Of a stretch of 64,000 nucleotides of DNA, positions 51,085-60,707 are shown in pieces. Each line of letters begins with the position of its first letter. Positions within the stretch are counted from its first letter, which is position 1. The position numbers and the translations under genes are program-made. The stretch is from sequence record SRR22947727_820. One strand, given 5' to 3'. The notes below the pieces were generated by a model, which worked only from the letters and a program-made list of their open reading frames with translations, did no database searches and had not been told where the DNA came from.

Positions 51085-52770
51085 TTATTGAACTAAATAG
51101 ACCCTAGCTTCATAGGGTGCCAAAACATCTTCAGCCTTTATTTCTTGGGTGGTATTGCGCAGTAACAGACTTTTAGCTGCCCCAGCTAAATCTCCTAAAC
51201 TAACATGTGCTTCTAGCGTACTGAAACTTAATAAGATTAAATACACTTTAGTCTCATAGCTCCTGGTGTAAGCATAAACGGATTCGTTTTTAGGATCTAT
51301 AAGCGTATAGTCTCCATATATTAGACCCAGATGATTTTTTCTAAGTGTGGTTGCTTTTCTAAAATAATGAAGTACCGAATCTGGATTTTTTTCCTGATCT
51401 GCCACATTAACCCCTTTTGTAAAATTTTCGTTCTCCTCAATCCATGGAGCTGCTTTTGAAAAGCCAGCTGCATGGCTTAAGTCCCATTGCATGGGGGTTC
51501 GCGCATTGTCTCTACTGGTATCTTTTTCATTCTCAAGAAAAACCTTGAGATCTTCACCCTTGTTTTTGGCTATTTCATAGCGGTTAATGGTATTGATATC
51601 TCTGTATTGTTCTATGCGATCAAAACGAATATTGGTCATCCCAATTTCATCCCCAAAATAAATATAGGGCGTACCTCTCATGGTCAGTAAAAAAGTGTGG
51701 AGCATAGTGGCAGAAGCATACCAGAAGTCTGGGTGGTCATTCCCCCACCTACTCACAGATCTCGGGAAATCGTGGTTGCTTAAATACACACTACCCCAAC
51801 CATCCTTTTCAAAGGCTTTATCCCACCTTGAATGAATCTCTTTAAAGGAAGAAAGCGGCCAGCCTTCTGGGTTTTTTTCAAAGACAGTACCTGGTTTTCT
51901 ATCAAGAGACATGAGGTCAAAATGGAAAAACATATTGAGTTCATTTCGTTTTTCTCCCACCAAATCCAAGGCGTTTTCTGTAGTAATTCCTGGTGCTTCT
52001 CCCACCGTCATGACATTGTATTTAGAGAGCACCTCTACATGCATCTCTTGAAGGTATTCATGCAATTTGGGGCCTTGTGCATAATAAGCAATAAAGTCTC
52101 CCTTGAACTGCGAGGGTAATTCAGGGTAGTTGGTGTCTTTTGAAATAAAAGGAATTACGTCCATCCTAAAGCCATCTACCCCTTTCTCAAACCAAAAAGC
52201 CATCATAGTGTAAATTTCTTGTCTCAAGGCTGGATTCTCCCATTTTAAGTCTGGCTGTTTTACAGAAAAATAATGCAAGTAATAGGCATTGGAGGTAGCG
52301 TCGTATTTCCAAGCGTTTTCTTCAACGTCAAAATAACTCCATCTTTTTGGCGGGGTTCCTTTTTCTGCTGGCCACCAGTGGTAGTAATCTCTATATGGAT
52401 TGTCCCTGTCTTTTCTAGATTCCTGAAACCATTGGTGCTCATCACTGGAGTGATTTACCACCAAATCCATCACTAATTTTAGCCCCCTATCATGCATGCC
52501 TTTGAGCAGGGAGTCAAAATCTTCCATGCTACCAAATTCCGCCATGATGTTTCTGTAGTCACTAATGTCGTAGCCATTGTCGTCATTTGGAGATTCATAT
52601 ACTGGATTGAGCCAGATAATGTCTACGCCCAAACTTTTAATATAGTCTAACCTTTGTAGTATGCCTTTTAAGTCTCCAATACCATTTCCTGTGGTGTCTT
52701 GAAAACTCCTAGGATAAATCTGATATACAATGCCTTCTTTCCACCATGTCTTACTTTGTTTTGCTGTCAT
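51085..52770 (-). CDS. GH13 alpha-glucosidase / oligo-1,6-glucosidase
   Basis: YQIYPRSF, DLVVNH, QPDL, DGFRMDV, VGE, NHD. Confidence 0.93.
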   Translation of the reverse strand: MTAKQSKTWWKEGIVYQIYPRSFQDTTGNGIGDLKGILQRLDYIKSLGVDIIWLNPVYESPNDDNGYDISDYRNIMAEFGSMEDFDSLLKGMHDRGLKLVMDLVVNHSSDEHQWFQESRKDRDNPYRDYYHWWPAEKGTPPKRWSYFDVEENAWKYDATSNAYYLHYFSVKQPDLKWENPALRQEIYTMMAFWFEKGVDGFRMDVIPFISKDTNYPELPSQFKGDFIAYYAQGPKLHEYLQEMHVEVLSKYNVMTVGEAPGITTENALDLVGEKRNELNMFFHFDLMSLDRKPGTVFEKNPEGWPLSSFKEIHSRWDKAFEKDGWGSVYLSNHDFPRSVSRWGNDHPDFWYASATMLHTFLLTMRGTPYIYFGDEIGMTNIRFDRIEQYRDINTINRYEIAKNKGEDLKVFLENEKDTSRDNARTPMQWDLSHAAGFSKAAPWIEENENFTKGVNVADQEKNPDSVLHYFRKATTLRKNHLGLIYGDYTLIDPKNESVYAYTRSYETKVYLILLSFSTLEAHVSLGDLAGAAKSLLLRNTTQEIKAEDVLAPYEARVYLVQ

Positions 52771-52771
52771 G

Positions 52772-53665
52772 TTATTTTCTTGGATGATATTGATTGAGCA
52801 CTCCAGCCAAGTGAGTTCTGTCTAGGTGCATATATATTTCTGTTGTCGTGATACTCTCGTGTCCTAATAATTGTTGAATAACCCTTAAATCTGCGCCATT
52901 CTCCAAAAGATGTGTGGCAAAAGAATGCCTAAAACTATGGGGGCTGATTGTTTTTTCTAAGGCAATTTTTTTTGCCAGTTGTTTAATAATGGTAAAAATC
53001 ATGGCCCTGGTTAAACCATGTCCTCTACGGTTTAAAAAGACAGTATCTGCCGCTTCTTTTTGTGGTTTTTGAAGTGGCCTCACTGCTTTCAAATAAACTT
53101 TTACGAGCTTTTCTGTTGTGGGATTTACTGGAACAAAGCGCTCTTTGTTTCCTTTTCCTAAAACCCTTATAAAGCCCTCTTCAAAAAACAAATCAGATAT
53201 TTTAAGCGTAGTTAATTCAGACACCCTCAGGCCACAGCCGTATAATGTTTCTAATATGGCCACATTTCTCTGGCCTTCAAGGCTGCTTCGGTCTATTGCG
53301 GCAATGAGCGCATCTATTTCTTGGGTAGAAAGCACGGGAGGTAATTTTCTTCCCAGCCTCGGAGACTCTACCATTTCCATGGGATTGTCTGGCCTGTATT
53401 TTTCAAATACCAGGTAGTTAAAGAAGCTTTTTAATCCCGAAATAAATCTCGCTTGAGAACGTTCACTTAAAGGTTTAATACTCTCATAAACCCCTTCTAA
53501 AACAGTGTCTTTATCTATTGTTATTGGCAAGGTTTTTGGGTTGCTAGAGACAGATTTTTGGAGCTTTTGCACGTCAAAAATATAGCTCTCTACTGCGTTT
53601 TTAGACAGGCCTCTTTCTATTTGAAGGTAACTTTTGTAAGCGCTAATTGCCTGATCCCAATTCAT
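52772..53665 (-). CDS. xerD: Site-specific tyrosine recombinase XerD
   Basis: LYGCGLRVSEL, GKGNKER, SPHSFRHSFATHLLENGADLR, LGHESITTTEIY. Confidence 0.9.
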   Translation of the reverse strand: MNWDQAISAYKSYLQIERGLSKNAVESYIFDVQKLQKSVSSNPKTLPITIDKDTVLEGVYESIKPLSERSQARFISGLKSFFNYLVFEKYRPDNPMEMVESPRLGRKLPPVLSTQEIDALIAAIDRSSLEGQRNVAILETLYGCGLRVSELTTLKISDLFFEEGFIRVLGKGNKERFVPVNPTTEKLVKVYLKAVRPLQKPQKEAADTVFLNRRGHGLTRAMIFTIIKQLAKKIALEKTISPHSFRHSFATHLLENGADLRVIQQLLGHESITTTEIYMHLDRTHLAGVLNQYHPRK

Positions 53666-53734
53666 TTTTTAAAAATAAGATTGTTTTGTCTGCTATACAA
53701 GGAATTATACAAATGCTCGCTAATCCTTTTTTTA

Positions 53735-53742
53735 TATATTTG
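53735..53742 (+). promoter_or_regulatory. sigma70 -7 element (TATATTTG) directly before aroQ
   Basis: TAnnTTTG 3 nt before the ATG at 53746. Confidence 0.65.
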
Positions 53743-53745
53743 GGC

Positions 53746-54159
53746 ATGAGAATTTGCATTATAAACGGTCCTAATTTAAATTTATTAGGCAAAAGAGAGC
53801 CTAGTATATACGGGAATAGTTCCTTTGAAACCTATTTGGAAGACTTGAAAAAAGGTTTTCCTCAAGTAAGTTTTGACTACTTTCAATCTAATATTGAGGG
53901 CGAGATTATAGACAAACTTCACCAGTTGGGATTTGATTATGAAGGGATTGTTCTCAATGCTGGGGCTTATACCCACACTTCGGTGGGCATAGCCGATGCC
54001 GTTAAAGCCATTTCCACTCCAGTAGTAGAAGTACATATATCCAATACCCACACCAGAGAGACTTTTAGACACCTGTCCTATATTTCACCAGTTGCAAAAG
54101 GGGTCATTCTCGGTTTTGGCATGCAAAGTTATCAATTGGCTGTACAGAGTTTTTTATAA
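53746..54159 (+). CDS. aroQ: Type II 3-dehydroquinate dehydratase
   Basis: NGPNLNLLGKREP.IYG, NAGAYTHTS, EVHISN...RE.FRH; start at 53746. Confidence 0.97.
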   Translation: MRICIINGPNLNLLGKREPSIYGNSSFETYLEDLKKGFPQVSFDYFQSNIEGEIIDKLHQLGFDYEGIVLNAGAYTHTSVGIADAVKAISTPVVEVHISNTHTRETFRHLSYISPVAKGVILGFGMQSYQLAVQSFL

Positions 54160-54164
54160 GAATT

Positions 54165-54213
54165 ACTACCAAAAAAAAAGGCGCCCCTAAGGGGCGCCTT
54201 TTTTTTTGGTAGT
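54165..54213. terminator. Bidirectional intrinsic terminator between aroQ and lpdA
   Basis: Perfect 23-bp arms: ACTACC-A9-GGCGCCCC-taa-GGGGCGCC-T9-GGTAGT. Confidence 0.93.
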
Positions 54214-54220
54214 GCATATT

Positions 54221-55612
54221 TTAAATGTGAATGACCTCATCATAAGCAGCAGCAACTGCTTCCATAACAGCCTCACTCATAGTTGGATGTGGGTGAATGG
54301 TTTTTAAGATCTCATGGGCTGTGGTTTCTAATTTTCTTGCTACAACAGCTTCTGCAATCATATCTGTAACCCCTGCACCAATCATATGACAACCCAGCCA
54401 CTCTCCGTATTTGGCGTCAAAAATAACTTTTACAAAACCTTCTGGAGTTCCTGAAGCCACTGCTTTTCCAGAGGCTGTAAACGGAAATTTCCCTACTTTA
54501 ATATCCAAACCTTTGTCTATTGCTTGTTGTTCTGTTAGACCAACAGAGGCAATTTCAGGACTAGAATAAGTACATCCAGGGATATTGCCGTAGTCTAGAG
54601 GATGCACCTCCATACCGGCTAATTTTTCTACACATAAAATACCCTCAGCAGAAGCCACATGTGCTAATGCAGGACCAGCAGTAATGTCTCCAATAGCATA
54701 GTATCCAGGAATATTAGTCTGATAAAAGTCATTGACTAAAACTTTATCTCGGTCTGTAGCAATTCCAACATCTTCTAAACCAATATTTTCAATATTGGTT
54801 TTAATACCCACCGCAGAGAGTACCATATCTGCTTCCAGAATTTCTTCTCCTTTGGCCGTTTTTACAGTGACAATAACCCCTTTTCCAGTAGTGTCTACTT
54901 TAGTTACTTCAGAAGAAGTCATTACTTTAACTCCAGCTTTTTTAAAACTTTTTTCTAACTGAATAGAAATGTCTTTATCTTCTACAGGGACAATATTTGG
55001 CAGGTATTCTACTACAGTCACGTCTGTTCCCATAGCGTTGTAGAAATAAGCAAACTCAATACCTATTGCTCCACTACCTACAACGATTAATTTTTCAGGC
55101 TGTTTGTCTAAGGTCATGGCCTGTCTGTAACCAATAATTTTTTTACCATCTTGTGGTAGGCTAGGAAGTTCTCTAGACCTAGCTCCTGTAGCTATAATGA
55201 TATTATTGGCAGTGTATTCAACGGCCTTTCCATTAGCGTCTGTAACAGCTATTTTTTTACCAGGGAGCACTTTTCCATGGCCATTGATCACTTCAATTTT
55301 ATTTTTCTTTAGTAAGAACTGTACGCCTTTACTCATGGTTCCAGCTACATTTCTACTTCTTTTTACCACAGCGTCAAAATCTTTATCTACCCCTGAAGCC
55401 TTTAGACCGTAGTCTTCTGCGTGTTGAAGGTATTCAAAAACCTGAGCAGATTTAATCAGTGCCTTAGTAGGAATACAACCCCAGTTAAGGCATACACCTC
55501 CTAGATTTTCTTTCTCTACAATAGCAGTTTTAAACCCTAATTGAGAAGCTCTAATGGCTGTAACATAACCTCCAGGTCCACTTCCTAAAACAATAACATC
55601 AAAATGACTCAT
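54221..55612 (-). CDS. lpdA: Dihydrolipoyl dehydrogenase
   Basis: GSGPGGY, GGVCLNWGCIPTK, HPHPTMSE. Confidence 0.98.
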   Translation of the reverse strand: MSHFDVIVLGSGPGGYVTAIRASQLGFKTAIVEKENLGGVCLNWGCIPTKALIKSAQVFEYLQHAEDYGLKASGVDKDFDAVVKRSRNVAGTMSKGVQFLLKKNKIEVINGHGKVLPGKKIAVTDANGKAVEYTANNIIIATGARSRELPSLPQDGKKIIGYRQAMTLDKQPEKLIVVGSGAIGIEFAYFYNAMGTDVTVVEYLPNIVPVEDKDISIQLEKSFKKAGVKVMTSSEVTKVDTTGKGVIVTVKTAKGEEILEADMVLSAVGIKTNIENIGLEDVGIATDRDKVLVNDFYQTNIPGYYAIGDITAGPALAHVASAEGILCVEKLAGMEVHPLDYGNIPGCTYSSPEIASVGLTEQQAIDKGLDIKVGKFPFTASGKAVASGTPEGFVKVIFDAKYGEWLGCHMIGAGVTDMIAEAVVARKLETTAHEILKTIHPHPTMSEAVMEAVAAAYDEVIHI

Positions 55613-55678
55613 GATAATGATTTTGGTAAAAATTTATAGCGGCCCAAAGTTACAAAACCAATCTGAAAGCTTCTAGCC

Positions 55679-56092
55679 TTATTTTGTTGTTTTTTCAGGA
55701 ACAAAAATCAAGCAGACAGAATTAATGCAATAACGCTCGCCGGTAGTGTCCACAGGGCCGTCTTCAAAAACATGTCCCAAATGTGAATTGCAAGCAGCAC
55801 AGCGAGTTTCTACACGCCGCATACCATGGCTGTGGTCTTCTATATATAATACAGCTCCTGGAATAGCGGTGTCAAAGGCAGGCCAGCCACAACCACTGTT
55901 GTATTTATGGCCACTTTCGAAAAGTTGTGTATCACAAGCTGCACAGTGGTAACTGCCTTTTTCAAAGTGTTTGTCATATAGTCCAGTGAAAGGATATTCA
56001 GTACCGTTTTGTCTTAATACCCTATACGCCTCTGTAGAAAGTTTTTCTTTATACAGGTCTTCAGATTGCTCTTTTGGGAATGTTGCACTCAT
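55679..56092 (-). CDS. msrB: Peptide-methionine (R)-S-oxide reductase, cytoplasmic
   Basis: GTE.PF, CAAC, GCGWPAF, HLGHVF, RYCINS; start placed at 56092. Confidence 0.95.
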   Translation of the reverse strand: MSATFPKEQSEDLYKEKLSTEAYRVLRQNGTEYPFTGLYDKHFEKGSYHCAACDTQLFESGHKYNSGCGWPAFDTAIPGAVLYIEDHSHGMRRVETRCAACNSHLGHVFEDGPVDTTGERYCINSVCLIFVPEKTTK

Positions 56093-56093
56093 A

Positions 56094-56564
56094 TTATTTT
56101 GCGTCAGGAACAAACGCTAGTGCAGCGCCATTAATACAATGCCTTAGGCCAGTAGTGTTTTTTGGTCCATCAGTAAATACATGACCCAAGTGCCCCCCGC
56201 ATTTTAAGCAGTATTCCTCAGACCTTGCGTATCCCACTTTGTAATCAATTCCATACCCCACATTTCCCTTCACTTCTCTGTCAAAAGAAGGCCAACCAGT
56301 ACCAGAGTCAAATTTGTGCTCACTTTTAAATAATGGTGTATTACAGGCTTTACACACATAGGTGCCTTTTTCTTTAATTTTCAGTAATGGGCTAGTAAAA
56401 GGCCTTTCTGTACCTTGTTCCCTGAGGACATAAAATTCTAGGTCAGATAAGGTGGCTTTCCATTCTTGGGCTGTTTTAATCACGTCGTATTGATTTACTG
56501 CGCGTTGCGCATAAAATGAATGACATGTCAAAAGCAATAATCCTAGTAGTAAAGTATTTTTCAT
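56094..56564 (-). CDS. msrB: Peptide-methionine (R)-S-oxide reductase, exported
   Basis: Signal peptide; GTERPF, CKAC, GTGWPSF, HLGHVF, RHCING. Confidence 0.94.
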   Translation of the reverse strand: MKNTLLLGLLLLTCHSFYAQRAVNQYDVIKTAQEWKATLSDLEFYVLREQGTERPFTSPLLKIKEKGTYVCKACNTPLFKSEHKFDSGTGWPSFDREVKGNVGYGIDYKVGYARSEEYCLKCGGHLGHVFTDGPKNTTGLRHCINGAALAFVPDAK

Positions 56565-56674
56565 TTTTTATTTTAAAGGTACATAAAATTTAAAATCTAT
56601 TCTTTGGTCAAGGCCTTGATAAGGTTAGATTCATCCATACCTCATATCAAAATCATTTAAGTTCTATCCTCATT

Positions 56675-56689
56675 TCAAAAAGAGTGCCA
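56675..56689 (-). promoter_or_regulatory. Putative sigma54-type -24/-12 box upstream of the msrB pair
   Basis: Minus strand TGGCAC-TCTTT-TTGA. Confidence 0.45.
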
Positions 56690-56848
56690 AATTTGCAAAT
56701 GGTAGAAATTTTAAGCTGTTTTTTGAGACTCTGGCTATAATTGTATATTAGCAAAGTACTAGTGTGATGTAAAAGTCAATTAAGTGAATGCTTAAGATGT
56801 TTTTTATGGCGCTAAAAAAAATGAAGAAACCAAATACCAACCCAATAT

Positions 56849-58159
56849 ATGAGCGCTATTGCAGAGAAAGGAAGTAAAAAAATATTGTTTGCATGGGCTT
56901 TTTATGATTGGGCCAATTCTGTATATAGTCTGGTCATTTCTTCTGCGATTTTCCCCATTTTTTACGGTGCGCTATTTCGTATGGAAGGGATTGAAAAAGT
57001 ATTGGTATTTGGGGTAGAAATAGCCAGAGCACCTCTGATCAGTTATGTCACTTCAGCTGCATTTTTATTTATAGCCATCCTCACGCCAATCCTCTCAGGA
57101 ATAGCAGATTACCTTGGGAATAAGAAAGTTTTTTTGAAGTTTTTTTGTTACCTGGGAGGGCTTTCATGTATAGGGCTTTATTGGTTTTCTCTAGAGCATA
57201 TTTACACCTCATTATTACTCTATTTTATGGGACTGGTGGGGTTTTGGGTTAGTTTTGCTTTTAACAATTCTTACCTTCCAGATATTGCTTTTCCAGAGCA
57301 ACAAGATAGTATTAGCGCAAAGGGTTTTTCATTGGGTTATATAGGAAGTGTTATTCTATTGCTATTTAATTTGGCCATGGTCATGCAGCCAGCACTATTT
57401 GGAATTGAAGACCTTACCGAAGCTCCAGCAGCCATCACTGCCATGAAATATTCTTTTGTGACTGTTGGAATTTGGTGGATCATTTTTAGCCAATACAGTT
57501 TTTATTATATGCCCAAGGGAAATAAGAAAGACGGGCCTGCAGTAAACTTACTTTTCAATGGTTTTAAAGAACTTAAAATGGTTTGGAATCAATTGGGTTC
57601 TCAGCCAATGCTAAAAAAATATTTACTGGCTTTTTTTGTTTATAGCATGGCCGTACAAACTGTAATGCTTATTGCGGCTTATTTTGGAGAAGAGGAAATA
57701 GCTTGGGGGTCAGACGATCAAAGAACCATTGGCCTAATCAGTAGTATACTTCTCATTCAATTGGTGGCCATTATAGGCGCAACAATCACCGCAAAGGCCT
57801 CTGAGAAATTTGGAAATATCCCCACCTTGATTGTGGTCAATGCACTGTGGTTAATGATTTGTGTCTATGCTTATTTTGTGGTTTCTCCCACTGAATTTTA
57901 TATTGCTGCAGGATTGGTTGGAATGGTCATGGGAGGGATTCAAGCGCTTTCCAGATCTACCTACGCCAAACTTATGCCAGAAACCCAAGACACCACCTCT
58001 TTCTTTAGTTTCTACGACGTAGCAGAAAAGATAGGAATTGTCTTTGGGACCTTTATTTATGGGGCACTTGCACAAGGAAGTGGTGACCTTAGAAATGGGA
58101 TTATTATGTTTGGTGTTTTTTTCTTGGTAGGTGGATTATTACTCAGAAGGGTAAAATAG
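56849..58159 (+). CDS. MFS transporter (UMF1/Atg22-like)
   Basis: AWAFYDWANS, SGIADY, GFSLGYIGS, QALSRS; about 12 TM. Confidence 0.9.
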   Translation: MSAIAEKGSKKILFAWAFYDWANSVYSLVISSAIFPIFYGALFRMEGIEKVLVFGVEIARAPLISYVTSAAFLFIAILTPILSGIADYLGNKKVFLKFFCYLGGLSCIGLYWFSLEHIYTSLLLYFMGLVGFWVSFAFNNSYLPDIAFPEQQDSISAKGFSLGYIGSVILLLFNLAMVMQPALFGIEDLTEAPAAITAMKYSFVTVGIWWIIFSQYSFYYMPKGNKKDGPAVNLLFNGFKELKMVWNQLGSQPMLKKYLLAFFVYSMAVQTVMLIAAYFGEEEIAWGSDDQRTIGLISSILLIQLVAIIGATITAKASEKFGNIPTLIVVNALWLMICVYAYFVVSPTEFYIAAGLVGMVMGGIQALSRSTYAKLMPETQDTTSFFSFYDVAEKIGIVFGTFIYGALAQGSGDLRNGIIMFGVFFLVGGLLLRRVK

Positions 58160-58162
58160 GGT

Positions 58163-58885
58163 TTAATAACCCGTGACGTCTCCCGAGCCAGACACTTTTG
58201 AGACTACTTTTTTAGGATTTCCTTTGTATTGAATATCACCAGAGCCAGATACCTTGGCATTTAAAGTGCCACGCACTGTTACTTTAACATCTGCAGATCC
58301 AGATACTGTAACTGTGGCGTTTTCTACAGCTACACCATATGCATTCAAATCTCCTGAACCAGATATTTTTACTTGTAAGTCTTGTGCGCTTCCAGTAAGT
58401 TTCATGTCTCCAGAACCAGATACTTGCACCACTAAGTTGGTGGCGTCTATATTTAAAGAAATATCACCAGATCCTGACACAGCAGCATTAAAATCTCTTG
58501 CCGCTAAAGTAATTTCTGAGCTAATATCCCCTGAACCGGATAATTTAACGGCTGCTATTTCAGTAACAGGCACTTCAATGGAAATAGATTTATTGCAAGA
58601 GCTACTTAGGTTAATATTGTCTTTTACCTTTAAAACCAATACATTGTTTTTTACGGCCACTTCAATATACTCTAAAAGATTTTCTTCTCCTTTTAGGATA
58701 ATGTCTCCTTCTTTACCCTGAACCAATTGCACGTCAAAAGATCCAGAGACTGAAACTTTATCATAGTCAGCTGTTTGCCTGGTTTGTGTAATGGTGTTGC
58801 CATTCCCTTTAATTCTCTTCCACCACTGTGCATTCACTGAGGTTCCAAGTAAAATCATTGCGATTAATAAGATGCTTTTTTTCAT
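58163..58885 (-). CDS. DUF2807 / head GIN beta-solenoid protein, secreted
   Basis: Signal peptide; IKGNG; repeated SGSGD(I/M/L/V); YKGNP. Confidence 0.88.
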   Translation of the reverse strand: MKKSILLIAMILLGTSVNAQWWKRIKGNGNTITQTRQTADYDKVSVSGSFDVQLVQGKEGDIILKGEENLLEYIEVAVKNNVLVLKVKDNINLSSSCNKSISIEVPVTEIAAVKLSGSGDISSEITLAARDFNAAVSGSGDISLNIDATNLVVQVSGSGDMKLTGSAQDLQVKISGSGDLNAYGVAVENATVTVSGSADVKVTVRGTLNAKVSGSGDIQYKGNPKKVVSKVSGSGDVTGY

Positions 58886-58987
58886 AATTAAGAGACTATA
58901 AATTTGTTTTGCCTTGCTGTAATTAAATCCAAGACTGTTATTTTATGGGTATTTATTGAACACATTTTAGCGGCTTGTTTTCTAGGC

Positions 58988-60091
58988 TTATTTTTTTGTA
59001 AAACTCAATCCGCCGTATTTACTCAGTATTTGAATGTGATTTTTGCTGTTTGGGTTTTTGTAGTAGCCTTTGTAATAACGCTCACTCGATTTTTCTTTAG
59101 AGACAGACATCTCAAAAGCATCTGTGCCACTAACACCTGCGTATTTGGTTTCAATTTCAAAAGTAAAATGATAGTCTGCATGGTACCCAATCTTTATGCC
59201 TGTATAATCAGAACTGATGTTTAGGCTTCCTGCGTCTGCTGCCATTTCTGCTATTTTTACGCTTCCATAATCTGCATCTATTGACACATTTCCATGAAGG
59301 ATACCAAGTTTGGTGCTAAAATAGTCGCCCACTCCATTTACATCATTGGCCTCCTCTACTTCTATACTTCCATAATCTGCGTCGTAACTTAAATTGTCCA
59401 TTTGATTAATGCTTATGGATGAATAGTCTGCATTAATATTTAAATCGCCCGCTTTTTCAATAGTCATCCCAGAGTAATCCGCTTCTATATAGGCTTTCTT
59501 TACATAGGCAATAGTAGATTTAGAGGTGTAGTCAAAATTGAGTTCGTTTTTATTTCCATTGAGTGATCCAATCTCTAGTCTGCCATAATCACAATGAATC
59601 TTTGCGTCTCCATTGATTTGATCAATGATAATGCTTCCGTAATCATTTTCTAAATCTACACTGTTAGAAATTGGCATTTTAATGCTGTAATGAACAGATA
59701 GGTTTACATTGTTATTGCCCCAATTCCAACTCCAACCACTTCTTTTATTGTTAAAAATTGTTTTGGCAGAGACCATACTGCTACTAGACATAAAATCTAT
59801 GTCTACCCCTTCAATTTTTTCAATCACACGGTCTTCATCACTGCCTTCTGCTTTAATGGTAATGACCATTTCGATTCTATTCTCGTTCCAACTGCTGATA
59901 CTTACATTACCATAAGCGTTGTCAATTTTCATGAGTGCGTCTGCATTTACTTTGAAGTTCTTCTTAACCACCCTTTCTTTTTCATACCTAAAGGGGTTTT
60001 TTTCGTACTTCTCATGGGTGTTGGCCCACATGAAAGCAGGAAAAATCAAAGCGATTAAAAGTGTTTTAATATTTTTTTTATAGGTTTCCAT
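58988..60091 (-). CDS. Secreted beta-repeat protein (DUF4097-like)
   Basis: Signal peptide; repeated (A/N)DY(G/S)xxxI units. Confidence 0.7.
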   Translation of the reverse strand: METYKKNIKTLLIALIFPAFMWANTHEKYEKNPFRYEKERVVKKNFKVNADALMKIDNAYGNVSISSWNENRIEMVITIKAEGSDEDRVIEKIEGVDIDFMSSSSMVSAKTIFNNKRSGWSWNWGNNNVNLSVHYSIKMPISNSVDLENDYGSIIIDQINGDAKIHCDYGRLEIGSLNGNKNELNFDYTSKSTIAYVKKAYIEADYSGMTIEKAGDLNINADYSSISINQMDNLSYDADYGSIEVEEANDVNGVGDYFSTKLGILHGNVSIDADYGSVKIAEMAADAGSLNISSDYTGIKIGYHADYHFTFEIETKYAGVSGTDAFEMSVSKEKSSERYYKGYYKNPNSKNHIQILSKYGGLSFTKK

Positions 60092-60707
60092 CTGTGTGTT
60101 CTTTTATAGCGTTAATGGTGTTTATTTGATGCATGACTTCTTCTAATAATTCTATTCTTGTGGTATAATTTTGTACCATGGCCTGAAGGATTAATTTGGT
60201 ATTACCTCCATTGATCATAGCGGCCTCCATTTCTTTAAAACGGCCATCTAATTTTGAAATTTCCTTAAAAGCTTTGTCTATATGGGGTTTGGTAAGCGGG
60301 CTGCTTTGTTGTTCAATTTCCTTAACAGCAATGGCTATTAAGCCAGGATAATACTGATTAATAGCAGCTGTTTCTGGCGCAAAAGAGGCAATTTTTGTTT
60401 GTGTGGCCTGACTGTGTGCGCCCCATTGAAACGCCCCAAATAAAATAGCAATACTTGCGGCTAAACCCAGCAGACGTTTGGTGTTTTTGCGCCAAACCAA
60501 TTTCAGGCTGGCCTTTGAAGGGATGGTTTCTTGGTCAGGAATTTTATTCAGACCTTGCGCATTTTGTAGCTCCCTAATAAGGTTTTTATTTTCAATAGTT
60601 GTTTCTGAAAGTTTATCTAAAAAACGATTTTCGTGGCCTTCTAGCGGTTTTTTGCCGTGAAGGGCTTCTGGGGCCGAATCTAAAATTTGTTTTATATATG
60701 TTTCCAT
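60078..60707 (-). CDS. Single-TM putative anti-sigma factor
   Basis: GHENRFLDKL, LAASIAIL TM, helical C-terminus; overlaps the ECF gene end. Confidence 0.72.
   Translation of the reverse strand: METYIKQILDSAPEALHGKKPLEGHENRFLDKLSETTIENKNLIRELQNAQGLNKIPDQETIPSKASLKLVWRKNTKRLLGLAASIAILFGAFQWGAHSQATQTKIASFAPETAAINQYYPGLIAIAVKEIEQQSSPLTKPHIDKAFKEISKLDGRFKEMEAAMINGGNTKLILQAMVQNYTTRIELLEEVMHQINTINAIKEHTDGNL

Noticed and set aside
52772..53665. Tyrosine recombinase as a prophage or island integrase
   Set aside because: Length and motifs fit housekeeping XerD; no att repeats, tRNA or phage genes nearby.
53647..53745. N-terminal extension of aroQ in the track
   Set aside because: It overlaps the xerD start and contains the -7 promoter element; the family motif begins at 53746.
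58254..58721. 155-aa antisense ORF with PEPD repeats
   Set aside because: Mirror of the SGSGD repeats of the DUF2807 gene.
58904..59224. 106-aa hydrophobic ORF on +
   Set aside because: Mostly antisense to a well-supported gene, with no recognisable motif.
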